From Candidatus Methylomirabilis limnetica (GTDB taxonomy: Bacteria > Methylomirabilota > Methylomirabilia > Methylomirabilales > Methylomirabilaceae), in assembly GCF_003044035.1 (NCBI RefSeq), contig NZ_NVQC01000015.1, forward strand, positions 1-32,000: a stretch of DNA of 32,000 bases, in the 5' to 3' direction. Shown one piece after another: positions 24,122 to 32,000 of the stretch. Both the position numbers and the translations under genes were made by a program. The notes below the pieces were generated by a model. The model saw only the letters and a list, made by a program, of their open reading frames with translations, was not told where the DNA came from and ran no database searches. Numbering within the stretch: the first letter of the stretch is position 1; each line of letters starts with the position of its first letter.

Positions 24122-27100
24122 ATGCTCCAGCGCATCTTTGAGCTTTCTCTGGAGAACCGATTTCTTGTCCTGATCCTCACCGCGCTCTTAGTCGTCGGTG
24201 GGATTGTAGCGCTCAAAGATCTGCCCATTGACGCCGTCCCAGACATCACCCCCGTCCAAGTCCAGATCCTCACCAAGACGGCGCCAATGGGTCCGGTTGA
24301 AGTGGAACGATCCATCACCTTCCCAATCGAAGCGGCCATGAGCGGCCTGCCAGACCTCCAGGAGCTTCGCTCGGTGAGCCGGTTCGGCCTGTCGGCCGTG
24401 ACCGTGGTCTTCAAGGACCACGTTAACGTCTACTTCGCCAGACAGCTCATCGCAGAACGGCTCAGCGCGGCGAAGGGGCAGATCCCGGTAGGGTTTGGGA
24501 CACCTGAGATGGGACCGGTCACCACGGGCTTGGGTGAAGTCTATCAGTTCGTGGTGAGGGGCGAGGGCTACACTCCCATGCAGCTCCGAGAGATCCTCGA
24601 CTGGCAGATCGCCTACCGGCTGCGAGGGGTCCCGGGGGTCACCGAGATCTCCGCCGAGGGCGGATATGCCAAGCAGTATCATGTGATGGTCGATCGGGCG
24701 CGACTCGTTTCCTACCGCATCCCTATCGACCGCGTCTTCGAGGCGCTAGAGAAGAACAACGCCATTGCCGGCGGTGGCTATATCGAGCACAGCGGCGAAG
24801 CATACCTGATTCGAGGAGAAGGGTTGGTCGAACGGTCGGAGGATCTCTTGCGCATCGTCGTGGGGGTCGGCCCGGGCGGCACACCGATAACCATTGCGCA
24901 ACTGGGCCAGGTCAAGATCGACGCTATGCCCCGTATCGGCGCTGCGACCAGAAATGGCGAGGGCGAGGCGGTGATCGCCATGACGCTCATGCTCTGGGGT
25001 GGCAATGGGCGCGTGGTGGCTGAGCTGGTCAAACAAGAGATTGAGCGAATCTTACCCACCCTTCCTCCCGGCATCTCCGTCGAGCCTTTTTATGACCGAT
25101 CCGACCTCGTCAACAAGGTGATCCGGACAGTCACTACCAATCTCCTGGAGGGGGCCATGCTGGTCATCGCGGTCCTGCTCCTGCTCCTTGGCAACCTCCG
25201 CGGCGGCCTGATCGTAGCGTCGGCCATTCCTCTCTCTATGCTTGTCGCCTTTACGGGGATGATCCAGACCGGGATTTCCGGAAATCTTATGAGCCTGGGC
25301 GCCATCGATTTTGGACTGATCGTGGACGGCGCGGTGGTAATGATTGAAAACATCGTCCGGCATCTGGCGAAGGAGCGAGGGGTGCGCCGAGAGGAACGTC
25401 CTCTCATTATCCTCCGGGCCGGCCGTGAGGTCCTGCGGCCGATCTTCTTCGCCGTTAGCATTATCGTGATCGTCTACCTGCCGATCCTCACACTACAGGG
25501 CGTGGAGGGAAAGATGTTCCGACCGATGGCCTTCACGGTCATCTTCGCCCTCATAGCATCGCTGATCTTGTCGTTTACCCTTATGCCGGTCCTGGCTTCG
25601 CTGTTCCTGCGGGGGCCGATCGCCGAGGGCGATTCGTGGCTCCTCCGACGCGCCAAGACGCTCTACCTTCCCAGGCTCGCCTGGTGCGTCCATCATCCGA
25701 AAGTCACAGCCCTCGTCGCGGCATCGGCCTTCGTCTTGAGTCTCATACTTGTGCCGTTCCTTGGCGGCGAATTCATCCCACAACTGGATGAGGGTGATAT
25801 CACTATCCAGGCCTGGCGCCCGCCAAGCATCGCGCTGAGCGAGTCGCTTAAGAGCACGCTAGAGATCGAGCGCACCCTTCTGCACTTTCCGGAGGTGCGG
25901 CAGGTCGTCTCGCGGACCGGGACGGCGGAGATAGCCACCGATGTCATGGGGATGGAACTGTCCGACATCTTCGTCAGCCTCCGGCCACGCCGCCAGTGGA
26001 AGTCCGCCCGGACGAAGGAAGAGCTGATCGCCAAGTTTGCTGCCGCCCTCTCGTCTGAGGTTCCGGGCGTCAGTATAGGCTTCACCCAGCCGATCGAGAT
26101 GCGTTTCAACGAGCTGATTGCAGGGGTCCGATCCGATGTGGGGCTGAAGATCTTCGGGGATGACCTCAAGATCTTAAAGGAAAAAGGAGATCGGGCAGCT
26201 CACATCCTGCGACAGATCGGTGGTGGCCAGGATATTCGAGTCGAGCAGATTGCCGGCCTCCCCGTCCTGCGGATTCAGGTGGACCGACAGCGGATCGCCA
26301 GGTATGGGATCAATGTGGCAGACGTTCTGGCCGCCGTGGAGGCAGCCGGCGCGGGCCGGATCGTTGGGACGGTTTTTGAAGGGCAGCGACGGTTCCCTCT
26401 GGTCGTCCGAGTGGTCGGCAGCAGCCCTACCGATCTCCCTTCCTTTCAGGACTTGCCCGTTGCCGCCCCAAATGGCGCCCTCATCCCCCTTGCGCAACTG
26501 GCATCTGTCAGCGTCGAGGAGGGGCCGGCCCAGGTGAGCCGCGAAGACATCAGCCGGCGGATCGTGGTGGAAGCGAATGTGAGAGGTCGTGACTTGAGCT
26601 CGTTTGTGCGCGAGGCGCAGACCCGCATTGCCCGAGACCTCACACTGCCGCCTGGCTACTATATGAAGTGGGGTGGGCAGTTTGAAAATCTGGAGCGCGC
26701 AACCCGTCGCCTCGCGATCGTCGTTCCCCTCTCACTGTTCCTCATCTTTGTCCTGCTCTATATGACCTTCAACGCCGTTCGACCCGCCCTCCTTATCTTC
26801 CTGAACGTCCCGCTGGCGGTGACCGGAGGGGTGGCCGCTCTGGCTCTGCGCGGGCTCCCATTCAGCATCTCCGCCGGGGTGGGTTTCATCGCCCTGTTCG
26901 GCGTGGCCGTCCTGAACGGCGTGGTCCTGATGAGCTACATTCTGCAGCTCCGCGAGGAAGGGCTGTCCCCTGCTGATGCGGCACTCAAGGCTGCCGAGAT
27001 CCGTTTACGACCGGTCTTAATGACGGCCCTGGTAGCGGGCCTTGGGTTCGTTCCCATGGCCCTGTCCACCGGCGTTGGGGCCGAAGTCCAGCGCCCGCTG

Positions 27101-27205
27101 GCCACGGTCGTCATCGGCGGCCTCGTCACCTCCACACTGCTGACACTCTTCGTACTCCCGAGCCTCTATCGCTGGTTTGAACGCGAAGCCACAGACTCTA
27201 CCTGA
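24122..27205 (+). CDS. heavy-metal efflux RND transporter, CusA/CzcA family
   Basis: 1027 aa. The N-terminus MLQRIFELSLENRFLVLILTALLVVGG and 12-TM RND layout with two large periplasmic loops are typical. GAIDFGLIVDGAVVMIEN is the HME-RND TM4 signature. Confidence 0.95.
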   Translation: MLQRIFELSLENRFLVLILTALLVVGGIVALKDLPIDAVPDITPVQVQILTKTAPMGPVEVERSITFPIEAAMSGLPDLQELRSVSRFGLSAVTVVFKDHVNVYFARQLIAERLSAAKGQIPVGFGTPEMGPVTTGLGEVYQFVVRGEGYTPMQLREILDWQIAYRLRGVPGVTEISAEGGYAKQYHVMVDRARLVSYRIPIDRVFEALEKNNAIAGGGYIEHSGEAYLIRGEGLVERSEDLLRIVVGVGPGGTPITIAQLGQVKIDAMPRIGAATRNGEGEAVIAMTLMLWGGNGRVVAELVKQEIERILPTLPPGISVEPFYDRSDLVNKVIRTVTTNLLEGAMLVIAVLLLLLGNLRGGLIVASAIPLSMLVAFTGMIQTGISGNLMSLGAIDFGLIVDGAVVMIENIVRHLAKERGVRREERPLIILRAGREVLRPIFFAVSIIVIVYLPILTLQGVEGKMFRPMAFTVIFALIASLILSFTLMPVLASLFLRGPIAEGDSWLLRRAKTLYLPRLAWCVHHPKVTALVAASAFVLSLILVPFLGGEFIPQLDEGDITIQAWRPPSIALSESLKSTLEIERTLLHFPEVRQVVSRTGTAEIATDVMGMELSDIFVSLRPRRQWKSARTKEELIAKFAAALSSEVPGVSIGFTQPIEMRFNELIAGVRSDVGLKIFGDDLKILKEKGDRAAHILRQIGGGQDIRVEQIAGLPVLRIQVDRQRIARYGINVADVLAAVEAAGAGRIVGTVFEGQRRFPLVVRVVGSSPTDLPSFQDLPVAAPNGALIPLAQLASVSVEEGPAQVSREDISRRIVVEANVRGRDLSSFVREAQTRIARDLTLPPGYYMKWGGQFENLERATRRLAIVVPLSLFLIFVLLYMTFNAVRPALLIFLNVPLAVTGGVAALALRGLPFSISAGVGFIALFGVAVLNGVVLMSYILQLREEGLSPADAALKAAEIRLRPVLMTALVAGLGFVPMALSTGVGAEVQRPLATVVIGGLVTSTLLTLFVLPSLYRWFEREATDST

Positions 27206-27238
27206 CCCCCCCCCGCGATCCTTTTTTTACCTTTTCAC

Positions 27239-27286
27239 TTGACAGCAGCAATCGGGCTTCGCTAGTCTACTCCCAGGATAGGAGTA
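27239..27286 (+). promoter_or_regulatory. candidate promoter plus 6-bp palindrome upstream of 27323
   Basis: TTGACA (27239-27244), an 18-nt spacer, then TAGTCT (27263-27268). It overlaps the palindrome TACTCC-N7-GGAGTA (27268-27286). Confidence 0.3.
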
Positions 27287-27322
27287 TGCTAAAGTCGGTA
27301 AGCGAAATAGGGTAATTATTCT

Positions 27323-27655
27323 ATGCAAAGATTGCATGAAGGGTCCCTGATTCGCCTGCGCCTCAAAACTTTTGCGGCTGTGACTTTCGGCCTTTATCTA
27401 CTGCTTAACGCCTTCCTCACTCACTGTCTCGTCCAGCCCCACAACGGGCACCTACAAGGTCAGGCCAATAGTCCTCTCGCCTCGATCTGTATGTGGGTCC
27501 ATAAGACCGTTTCGCCTCATGCGCCATCAGCCATATTGATTCTGCCTGTGGTTGTGGCGTCTCTTTTCATCCTGACGCCGCTCCTCCCGCGCTCTTCCCA
27601 GTTCCAGATCATCAAGCGTACTGGTCGATCCCCGCCCCAGCTCTGCCTCGCGTAA
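27323..27655 (+). CDS. small Cys/His membrane protein, DUF2946-like (paralog of 31295..31660)
   Basis: 110 aa. LYLLLNAFLTHCLVQPHNGHLQGQ...SICMWVHKTVSPHAPS...TGRSPPQL. About 60% identity to the 31295 ORF over the first 50 aligned residues (hand count). The RBS is weak. Confidence 0.55.
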   Translation: MQRLHEGSLIRLRLKTFAAVTFGLYLLLNAFLTHCLVQPHNGHLQGQANSPLASICMWVHKTVSPHAPSAILILPVVVASLFILTPLLPRSSQFQIIKRTGRSPPQLCLA

Positions 27656-27741
27656 CTCGCCTCAATCGACGTTTCTGTCGCTCAGCGGACCTGCTTTCGA
27701 CGGAATTGTTATACGTTACATCGTAAGTCACAACAATGGAC

Positions 27742-27857
27742 GTCATTCCCGCGAAGCCTGTCCCGGCACGTTCTAAGCCGGGAGCGGGAATCCAGTCGGA
27801 AAGCTGCTGGATTCCCCCGTATCAAGTACGGGGCAGGCTTGTCAAGCCCGGAATGAC
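27742..27857. repeat. palindromic MITE/REP unit (GTCATTCCCGCGAA...CCCGGAATGAC)
   Basis: The ends gtcattcc and ggaatgac are self-complementary. It generates the artefactual N-terminal extension (DVIPAKPVPARSKPGAGIQ...) of track ORF 27736..28929. Confidence 0.75.
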
Positions 27858-27945
27858 AAACTGCTTGGACTTATGTCGTCATGCATCGTCACACGTAATC
27901 GGCATGTCTCTATCAACGCGCGATTCGCGTTCAGGAGGGAAGATC

Positions 27946-28929
27946 ATGCATCAGGCGACCAGTTGGCGTAGTGCGTGTTCGTTAGTGTTGGGCATTGCTA
28001 TCGTGATCGCGTTGCCGGCCGCCGGTTGGGCCCACGGCATCGTGGGAAAGCGGTTTTTCCCAACGACGATTGTTGTCGAGGACTCGTTTGTCTCTGACGA
28101 GGCAGGTATCGCGGTCGGCCACATCAGGGACCCCCACGCCCTAGAGACTGAGATAGAGATGGAGATTACCAAGCGGTTGACCCCGAATTTGGCCATCGGG
28201 CTTGGCGGCACACGCATGATCCTGAGACCCCGCGGCGAGGAAGGGCACCATGAGGAAGAAGGCCACCATGAGGGGTCGCCTGATACGTTGCACGGCTGGG
28301 CGAATCCGGAGTTCATGCTTCGCTACCAATTTATTCGGGACCCGTTGCGTGAACTGGCCGCCACCGTTGCTCTGAATGTTTCGCCAGGCGGAGTTGGGGG
28401 CAAGACTGTCGGCAGGCTCTCTGGGACAACCGTCAGCCCGGCCATTCAGATCGGCAAGGGGTTCGGCGATCTTCCGGACTGGGCCGACTGGCTCAAGCCG
28501 ATTGCGGTCACAACGTCGCTTGGCTTCGACTTGCGCACAAACCGTAATGACAGAGAAGAAGATGCCCAGCACGCCTTTGCCTGGGGAGTTTCCGTGATGT
28601 ACAGTATCCCGTATCTGCAATCATTTGTAAAAGACGTGGGGCTCTCCTGGCCGTTCAACCGCATGTTCCCCGTCGTGGAGTTCAATGGAGAAACCATGAT
28701 CAGCGGGCCTGAGAAGGGAAGCCACACCGCCTTTGCCAACCCAGGACTGGTTTGGGCTGGTAGGTACTTCGAGCTCGCAGTCTCGGCGCAAGTCCCCTTG
28801 AACGATACCTCCGGCGACCGCGTGGGGGTCTTAGGGATGGTCCATTTCTTCCTCGACGATATCGCGCCTGACATTTTCACCTGGACACCTTTCCATGGCG
28901 TCTTGGGCCCCCAAACGCTGCCGCGATAA
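27946..28929 (+). CDS. secreted protein with a His-rich loop, putative outer-membrane beta-barrel (MetA-pathway/'transporter' family-like, tentative)
   Basis: ATG at 27946, preceded by AGGAGGG. The signal peptide ends in AGWAHG. Alternating-hydrophobicity strands follow RFFPTTIVVEDSFVSDE. The loop EEGHHEEEGHHEG lies at 28237-28275. The C-terminus is not aromatic, which weakens the beta-barrel call. Confidence 0.6.
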   Translation: MHQATSWRSACSLVLGIAIVIALPAAGWAHGIVGKRFFPTTIVVEDSFVSDEAGIAVGHIRDPHALETEIEMEITKRLTPNLAIGLGGTRMILRPRGEEGHHEEEGHHEGSPDTLHGWANPEFMLRYQFIRDPLRELAATVALNVSPGGVGGKTVGRLSGTTVSPAIQIGKGFGDLPDWADWLKPIAVTTSLGFDLRTNRNDREEDAQHAFAWGVSVMYSIPYLQSFVKDVGLSWPFNRMFPVVEFNGETMISGPEKGSHTAFANPGLVWAGRYFELAVSAQVPLNDTSGDRVGVLGMVHFFLDDIAPDIFTWTPFHGVLGPQTLPR

Positions 28930-29308
28930 CCGGCTGCCAAGGCTCTGGAGCAGCTCTACTGCTCTCGCGGTAGGGCTGCTCCTCGTGGCCACGTCGGCTT
29001 GGAGCCACGTGTTCCCGGACCACTCGGAGCCACGGGTGGGGTGGACGGTGAATAAACCGCCTGCCCAGGTCAGGATCTGGTTTGACGGGGTGATGGAGCC
29101 ACTCTTCAGCACAATCACAGTCATGAATGCCGACAAACAGCGGGTCGATGCGGGGGACGGGCGAGTGAACCCGTCGGATCACAACATTCTGGAAGTGAGT
29201 CTTCCATCCCTGCCGCTGGGAAAATATCGGGTATTCTGGAACGTCGTCGCCCACGATGGTCACCGCACCGAAGGCGATTTCCCGTTCAGCATCGGGCCGA
29301 GCCCATGA
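28895..29308 (+). CDS. copC: copper resistance protein CopC
   Basis: Signal peptide, then SHVFPDHSEPRVG..., LGKYRVFWNVVAHDGHRTEGDFPFSI. The ATG at 28895 overlaps the upstream gene by 35 nt. There is a 4-nt overlap with copD. Confidence 0.85.
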   Translation: MASWAPKRCRDNRLPRLWSSSTALAVGLLLVATSAWSHVFPDHSEPRVGWTVNKPPAQVRIWFDGVMEPLFSTITVMNADKQRVDAGDGRVNPSDHNILEVSLPSLPLGKYRVFWNVVAHDGHRTEGDFPFSIGPSP

Positions 29309-30378
29309 TCGGCTCGCATACCCTCCTCCACATCTTCGTCCGCTGGCTGGAGTTCATGGGCCTCATGACGCTAGTCGGCGGGTTAGCGTTTCAGTCACTG
29401 ATCCTCCCACCAAGCCTGTTATCACGACAGGATTACCCGATCATCGAGAGACACTTTCGCCGGGTCCAAGCAGGCTCGCTAGTACTCGTGGCGCTCACGA
29501 GCCTTGCGGATCTGATCCTGAGGACGTTGATGATGAGCGGCAGCGGTCTAGCCACATTGGGCTTCGCACTTCCGTTGGTCCTTCGGAACACCCATTATGG
29601 AACCGTCTGGATCGCGCGAATTAGCCTCCTGGGACTGCTTGGCATTGCCTGGTGGCTGAGGCTGCTGGGGGTCGCCGCAAGCCCACGGTTCACTAGGACC
29701 TCCTTCTTTGCGGCATCCCTCGTCCCGCTCACAACGACCCTTTCAGGCCACGCGGCTGACAGGGGCGATGTGACGGTTCCGGTACTGATCGACTGGTTCC
29801 ACCTCCTGGCGGTCTCGATCTGGACCGGCGGACTGTTCACATTCGGGTTCGTGCTCAAGCGTTCCCTCGCAACGCCAAGTATGGAAGACATGGTGCAAGG
29901 CCTCTCTTCAATTGCCAGGCCATTCTCCAGGATGGCGGCCGGCTGCGTCGCCGTCTTTCTAGCGACCGGGCTCTACAACTCCTGGTTGCAGGTGGGCTCC
30001 ATCTCGGCTCTCGTCGACGCTGCGTACGGCTGGACTCTCCTGGTCAAGCTCCTACTTGTGGGCGGCGTCTTAATTATAGCGGCTGTCAACCGGTATTACT
30101 TTCTCGCCCTACTGCTGCACAGGTCCGGCAGGGCCGAGGGACTGATCTTCAGGACGATCCGTCGGTTCACCAGGATGCCCCAGTCCCAGTTCTCCCGGTT
30201 CATCCGGCTGGAGTGGATGCTGGTCGTCGTGGCGCTAGCCTGTTCAGCCCTCCTCACCCAACTCATGCCGGCCCGCCATGTACGCCACCTCGAACACCTC
30301 AAGTCCCTTGAGCATAATGGCGGCCATCCGCCGGCGCACCACACGCCAACGCCAATGCCACCATCAACGCAAAGGTAG
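29305..30378 (+). CDS. copD: copper resistance protein CopD (polytopic membrane protein)
   Basis: 357 aa and about 8 TM. The N-terminus LLHIFVRWLEFMGLMTLVGGLAF and its position after copC are typical. Confidence 0.85.
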   Translation: MIGSHTLLHIFVRWLEFMGLMTLVGGLAFQSLILPPSLLSRQDYPIIERHFRRVQAGSLVLVALTSLADLILRTLMMSGSGLATLGFALPLVLRNTHYGTVWIARISLLGLLGIAWWLRLLGVAASPRFTRTSFFAASLVPLTTTLSGHAADRGDVTVPVLIDWFHLLAVSIWTGGLFTFGFVLKRSLATPSMEDMVQGLSSIARPFSRMAAGCVAVFLATGLYNSWLQVGSISALVDAAYGWTLLVKLLLVGGVLIIAAVNRYYFLALLLHRSGRAEGLIFRTIRRFTRMPQSQFSRFIRLEWMLVVVALACSALLTQLMPARHVRHLEHLKSLEHNGGHPPAHHTPTPMPPSTQR

Positions 30379-30382
30379 ATGA

Positions 30383-30685
30383 GTGTTGACAGCGAAGCGG
30401 CCCCGCGCACGGCCCATTGAAGCACTTGCTCTTGTCCTGATCCTTTCGCTCTTCGCGTTCGCAGCCGCGCTCCACTCGGTGCACCACCTCGGTCATCTCA
30501 ACCAGGCGACCAAGTGCGGGGTTGCGTCGGCCTCCGCACATCTGGCCGGCACCGCCGTCGAGTCCGTGGCCATCGAGAAACCTGCTCTGCTCTTGGAGAT
30601 CATTCCAGGAGCCCTCTTTACTGATCCTTCTATCGCATGTCTCGCTCCTGTCCAGGGACGCGCTCCCCCTTCTTTCACTGCCTAA
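30383..30685 (+). CDS. small Cys/His membrane protein, DUF2946-like
   Basis: GTG start 4 nt after the copD stop. TM segment ALALVLILSLFAFAAAL, then HSVHHLGH...KC...AH...C...GRAPP. Confidence 0.5.
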   Translation: MLTAKRPRARPIEALALVLILSLFAFAAALHSVHHLGHLNQATKCGVASASAHLAGTAVESVAIEKPALLLEIIPGALFTDPSIACLAPVQGRAPPSFTA

Positions 30686-30703
30686 ACTTCACGCCATTGG
30701 TTA

Positions 30704-30828
30704 GAAGGTCTCCAGCCCTCAGCGTAGGGGCGACTCTTGTGGTCGCCCAATCCGGGCAGGCACAAGGCCTGCCCCTACAAAGGGAAGGAGATTGGAGTGG
30801 CACGCCACCGGCGCATGGGGTATTGCTC
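30704..30828. repeat. interspersed repeat, copy 2 (inverted relative to 9471-9624)
   Basis: See 9471-9624. Confidence 0.8.
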
Positions 30829-30842
30829 AGCCGTAACCGTAG

Positions 30843-30868
30843 GTCGGGTTAGCGCAGCGTAACCCGAC
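30843..30868. repeat. REP hairpin gtcgggtta-N8-taacccgac
   Basis: A perfect 9-bp stem that directly follows the larger repeat. Confidence 0.6.
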
Positions 30869-30965
30869 AACTCAGCCAAGGCGAAGGAACTATCAGAAGC
30901 TGAACGCTGACTGCTGATCGCTTAGGCAGAATTGCATTGATGGGTCTTTGGGAGGAGTAACCACT

Positions 30966-31184
30966 ATGGACAAGTGTTTATTGCGCGTCGATGAAGCGGC
31001 GATACTGCTGACCGTCAGCCGTTGGACCATTTATCGCTGGGTGCAGGAAGGCCGATTGGATGCAACCAAGATAGGGAAAGGGAGTCTCCGCATCTTTCAG
31101 ACCTCTGTGGCTGCGCTGATCGAGCAGAACCGGACTTGGGACGCCGAGGTAAGTAAGAGCCATCGGATACTGCAGCCGCGATGA
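30966..31184 (+). CDS. excisionase-family helix-turn-helix DNA-binding protein
   Basis: ATG at 30966, preceded by GGGAGGAG. LLRVDEAAILLTVSRWTIYRWVQEGRLDATKIGKGSLRIFQTSVAALI matches the excisionase/MerR-like HTH_17 pattern. Confidence 0.7.
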   Translation: MDKCLLRVDEAAILLTVSRWTIYRWVQEGRLDATKIGKGSLRIFQTSVAALIEQNRTWDAEVSKSHRILQPR

Positions 31185-31294
31185 CCTACGAGCGGCTTGG
31201 TCAGCACGGAGTATTTGTAGCAGCCATGAGCAAGCATCAGTAGACACGCTCGTCCGGAAGAAGTAGAAAGGGTCGTGAACTATGTTCCTGCTCA

Positions 31295-31660
31295 GTGTCG
31301 TCTGCCGAAGGAGACGGAGCTTCACCAGTGGCGCGCTTGAATAGATCATCCCACGAATCTCGGCCTCTGAGGCCCCTTGCGGTCTCAGCGCTCTGTCTCT
31401 ATCTGCTGGTCAATGCGTTCCTCATTCTATGTCTAGTCCATCCCCATGATACACACCTCCAAGGCCAGACCGATAATCGTCTCAGTTCTGTCTGTGAGTG
31501 GGTTTACAAAACCGTCTCCCCCCATGTGCCATCGTCAGGGGTCTCCCTGCCGTTGGCGGCGGCTGTACTGCTCGTCTTCCTCCCGTTGGTGCGGCTCAGT
31601 CCCGAGCCCTGCCCTATCAGGCTGACCGGCCGTTCCCCACCCCTGCTCGCCTTCGCATAA
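31295..31660 (+). CDS. small Cys/His membrane protein, DUF2946-like (paralog of 27323..27655)
   Basis: LYLLVNAFLILCLVHPHDTHLQGQ...SVCEWVYKTVSPHVPS...TGRSPPLL. The track start is a GTG at 31295. By comparison with the paralog, a GTG at 31328 (VARLNRSS...) would give a similar N-terminal length. Confidence 0.55.
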   Translation: MSSAEGDGASPVARLNRSSHESRPLRPLAVSALCLYLLVNAFLILCLVHPHDTHLQGQTDNRLSSVCEWVYKTVSPHVPSSGVSLPLAAAVLLVFLPLVRLSPEPCPIRLTGRSPPLLAFA

Positions 31661-32000
31661 GTCTTTCCACTCGAGTACTCGAACCAGCACACGACACAAT
31701 TATCTCGCGTGAACCAAGACGCCTGAGCCTTTTCTAGGACTTTGGTAGGTCCTGGGAACGAATCATGTCGTTATGGGCGCCATGGGCTACAGCCCTGGCT
31801 CGCATCAGCGTCGCTATATCTTTTCGCTCGCTATACTCCTACGTGGGAATGACGGAGGAACTGGAGGTGTCATCGTGAAGACTGCGCCCGTCGGAAGATC
31901 GCGTCAAATCATGAGCCAACACATGTCCCACGAGAAGAGAGTCCACCCATCGCGCGACTACTTCGTTGAAGCGCTCCGCATCCTCGACAATGACATCACA

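Noticed and set aside
27736-27945. 70-aa N-terminal extension of the His-loop protein ORF
   Set aside because: The extension is encoded by a palindromic MITE (27742-27857). A strong RBS and signal peptide follow at the ATG at 27946.
31839-32000. Partial ORFs at the window edge. On the minus strand: ...CDVIVEDAERFNEVVARWVDSLL.., faintly like the C-terminus of an alpha/beta-hydrolase. On the plus strand: a GTG at 31875
   Set aside because: Only about 50 codons are visible and both strands are open. The evidence is too thin to choose a strand or product.

Overview
GC-rich bacterial chromosomal window. No rRNA, tRNA or CRISPR array was found by eye. The intergenic regions carry many REP/MITE-type palindromic repeats. 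Their read-through peptides (PFDKLRVNG, GQAQGLPLQ, VIPAK..AGIQ) remind me of NC10- or Nitrospirota-like environmental genomes, but that is memory only.

Layout:
- (i) 1-5.4 kb: a visibly AT-richer accessory stretch. It holds a DUF4238 gene flanked by a small membrane protein and a helical protein, a stand-alone HEPN-like protein (RDFLAH motif), and a membrane-anchored protein made of about nine 22-aa repeats. A 53-nt direct repeat lies in the two long non-coding tracts.
- (ii) 6.2-7.6 kb: two toxin-antitoxin-type pairs (DUF4160-like/DUF2442 and DUF433/DUF5615). They are bracketed by a 62-nt, about 94% identical duplication of the 3' end of the neighbouring CoA-transferase B gene.
- (iii) 7.6-13.1 kb: a minus-strand metabolic block of CoA-transferase B and A, MeaB/ArgK GTPase, acyl-CoA dehydrogenase, a haem-binding-domain protein and a MOSC protein.
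- (iv) 13.3-17.6 kb: an accessory mosaic. It contains a secreted protein, a 60-aa protein, a 2TM SLATT-like protein, DUF1330, BrnT/BrnA, a 162-bp MITE with an 8-bp target-site duplication directly upstream of brnT, and a Mut7-C RNase-domain protein.
- (v) 17.6-20.7 kb: fmt, rsmB and a PASTA-domain protein.
- (vi) 20.9-31.7 kb: a metal-resistance island. It contains a small His-rich protein, an HME-RND efflux triad (OMF/MFP/RND), a putative outer-membrane protein with a His-rich loop, CopC and CopD, and an excisionase-type HTH protein. Four related small Cys/His proteins ending in GR(S/A)PP (DUF2946-like) are spread through it.

The leads I consider most worth following are the DUF4238 three-gene cassette, the HEPN plus repeat-protein pair, the SLATT-like cassette between 94-nt direct repeats, the TA islet bracketed by gene-end duplications, and the family of small Cys/His proteins in the metal island. 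All domain calls come from reading motifs. No searches were run.
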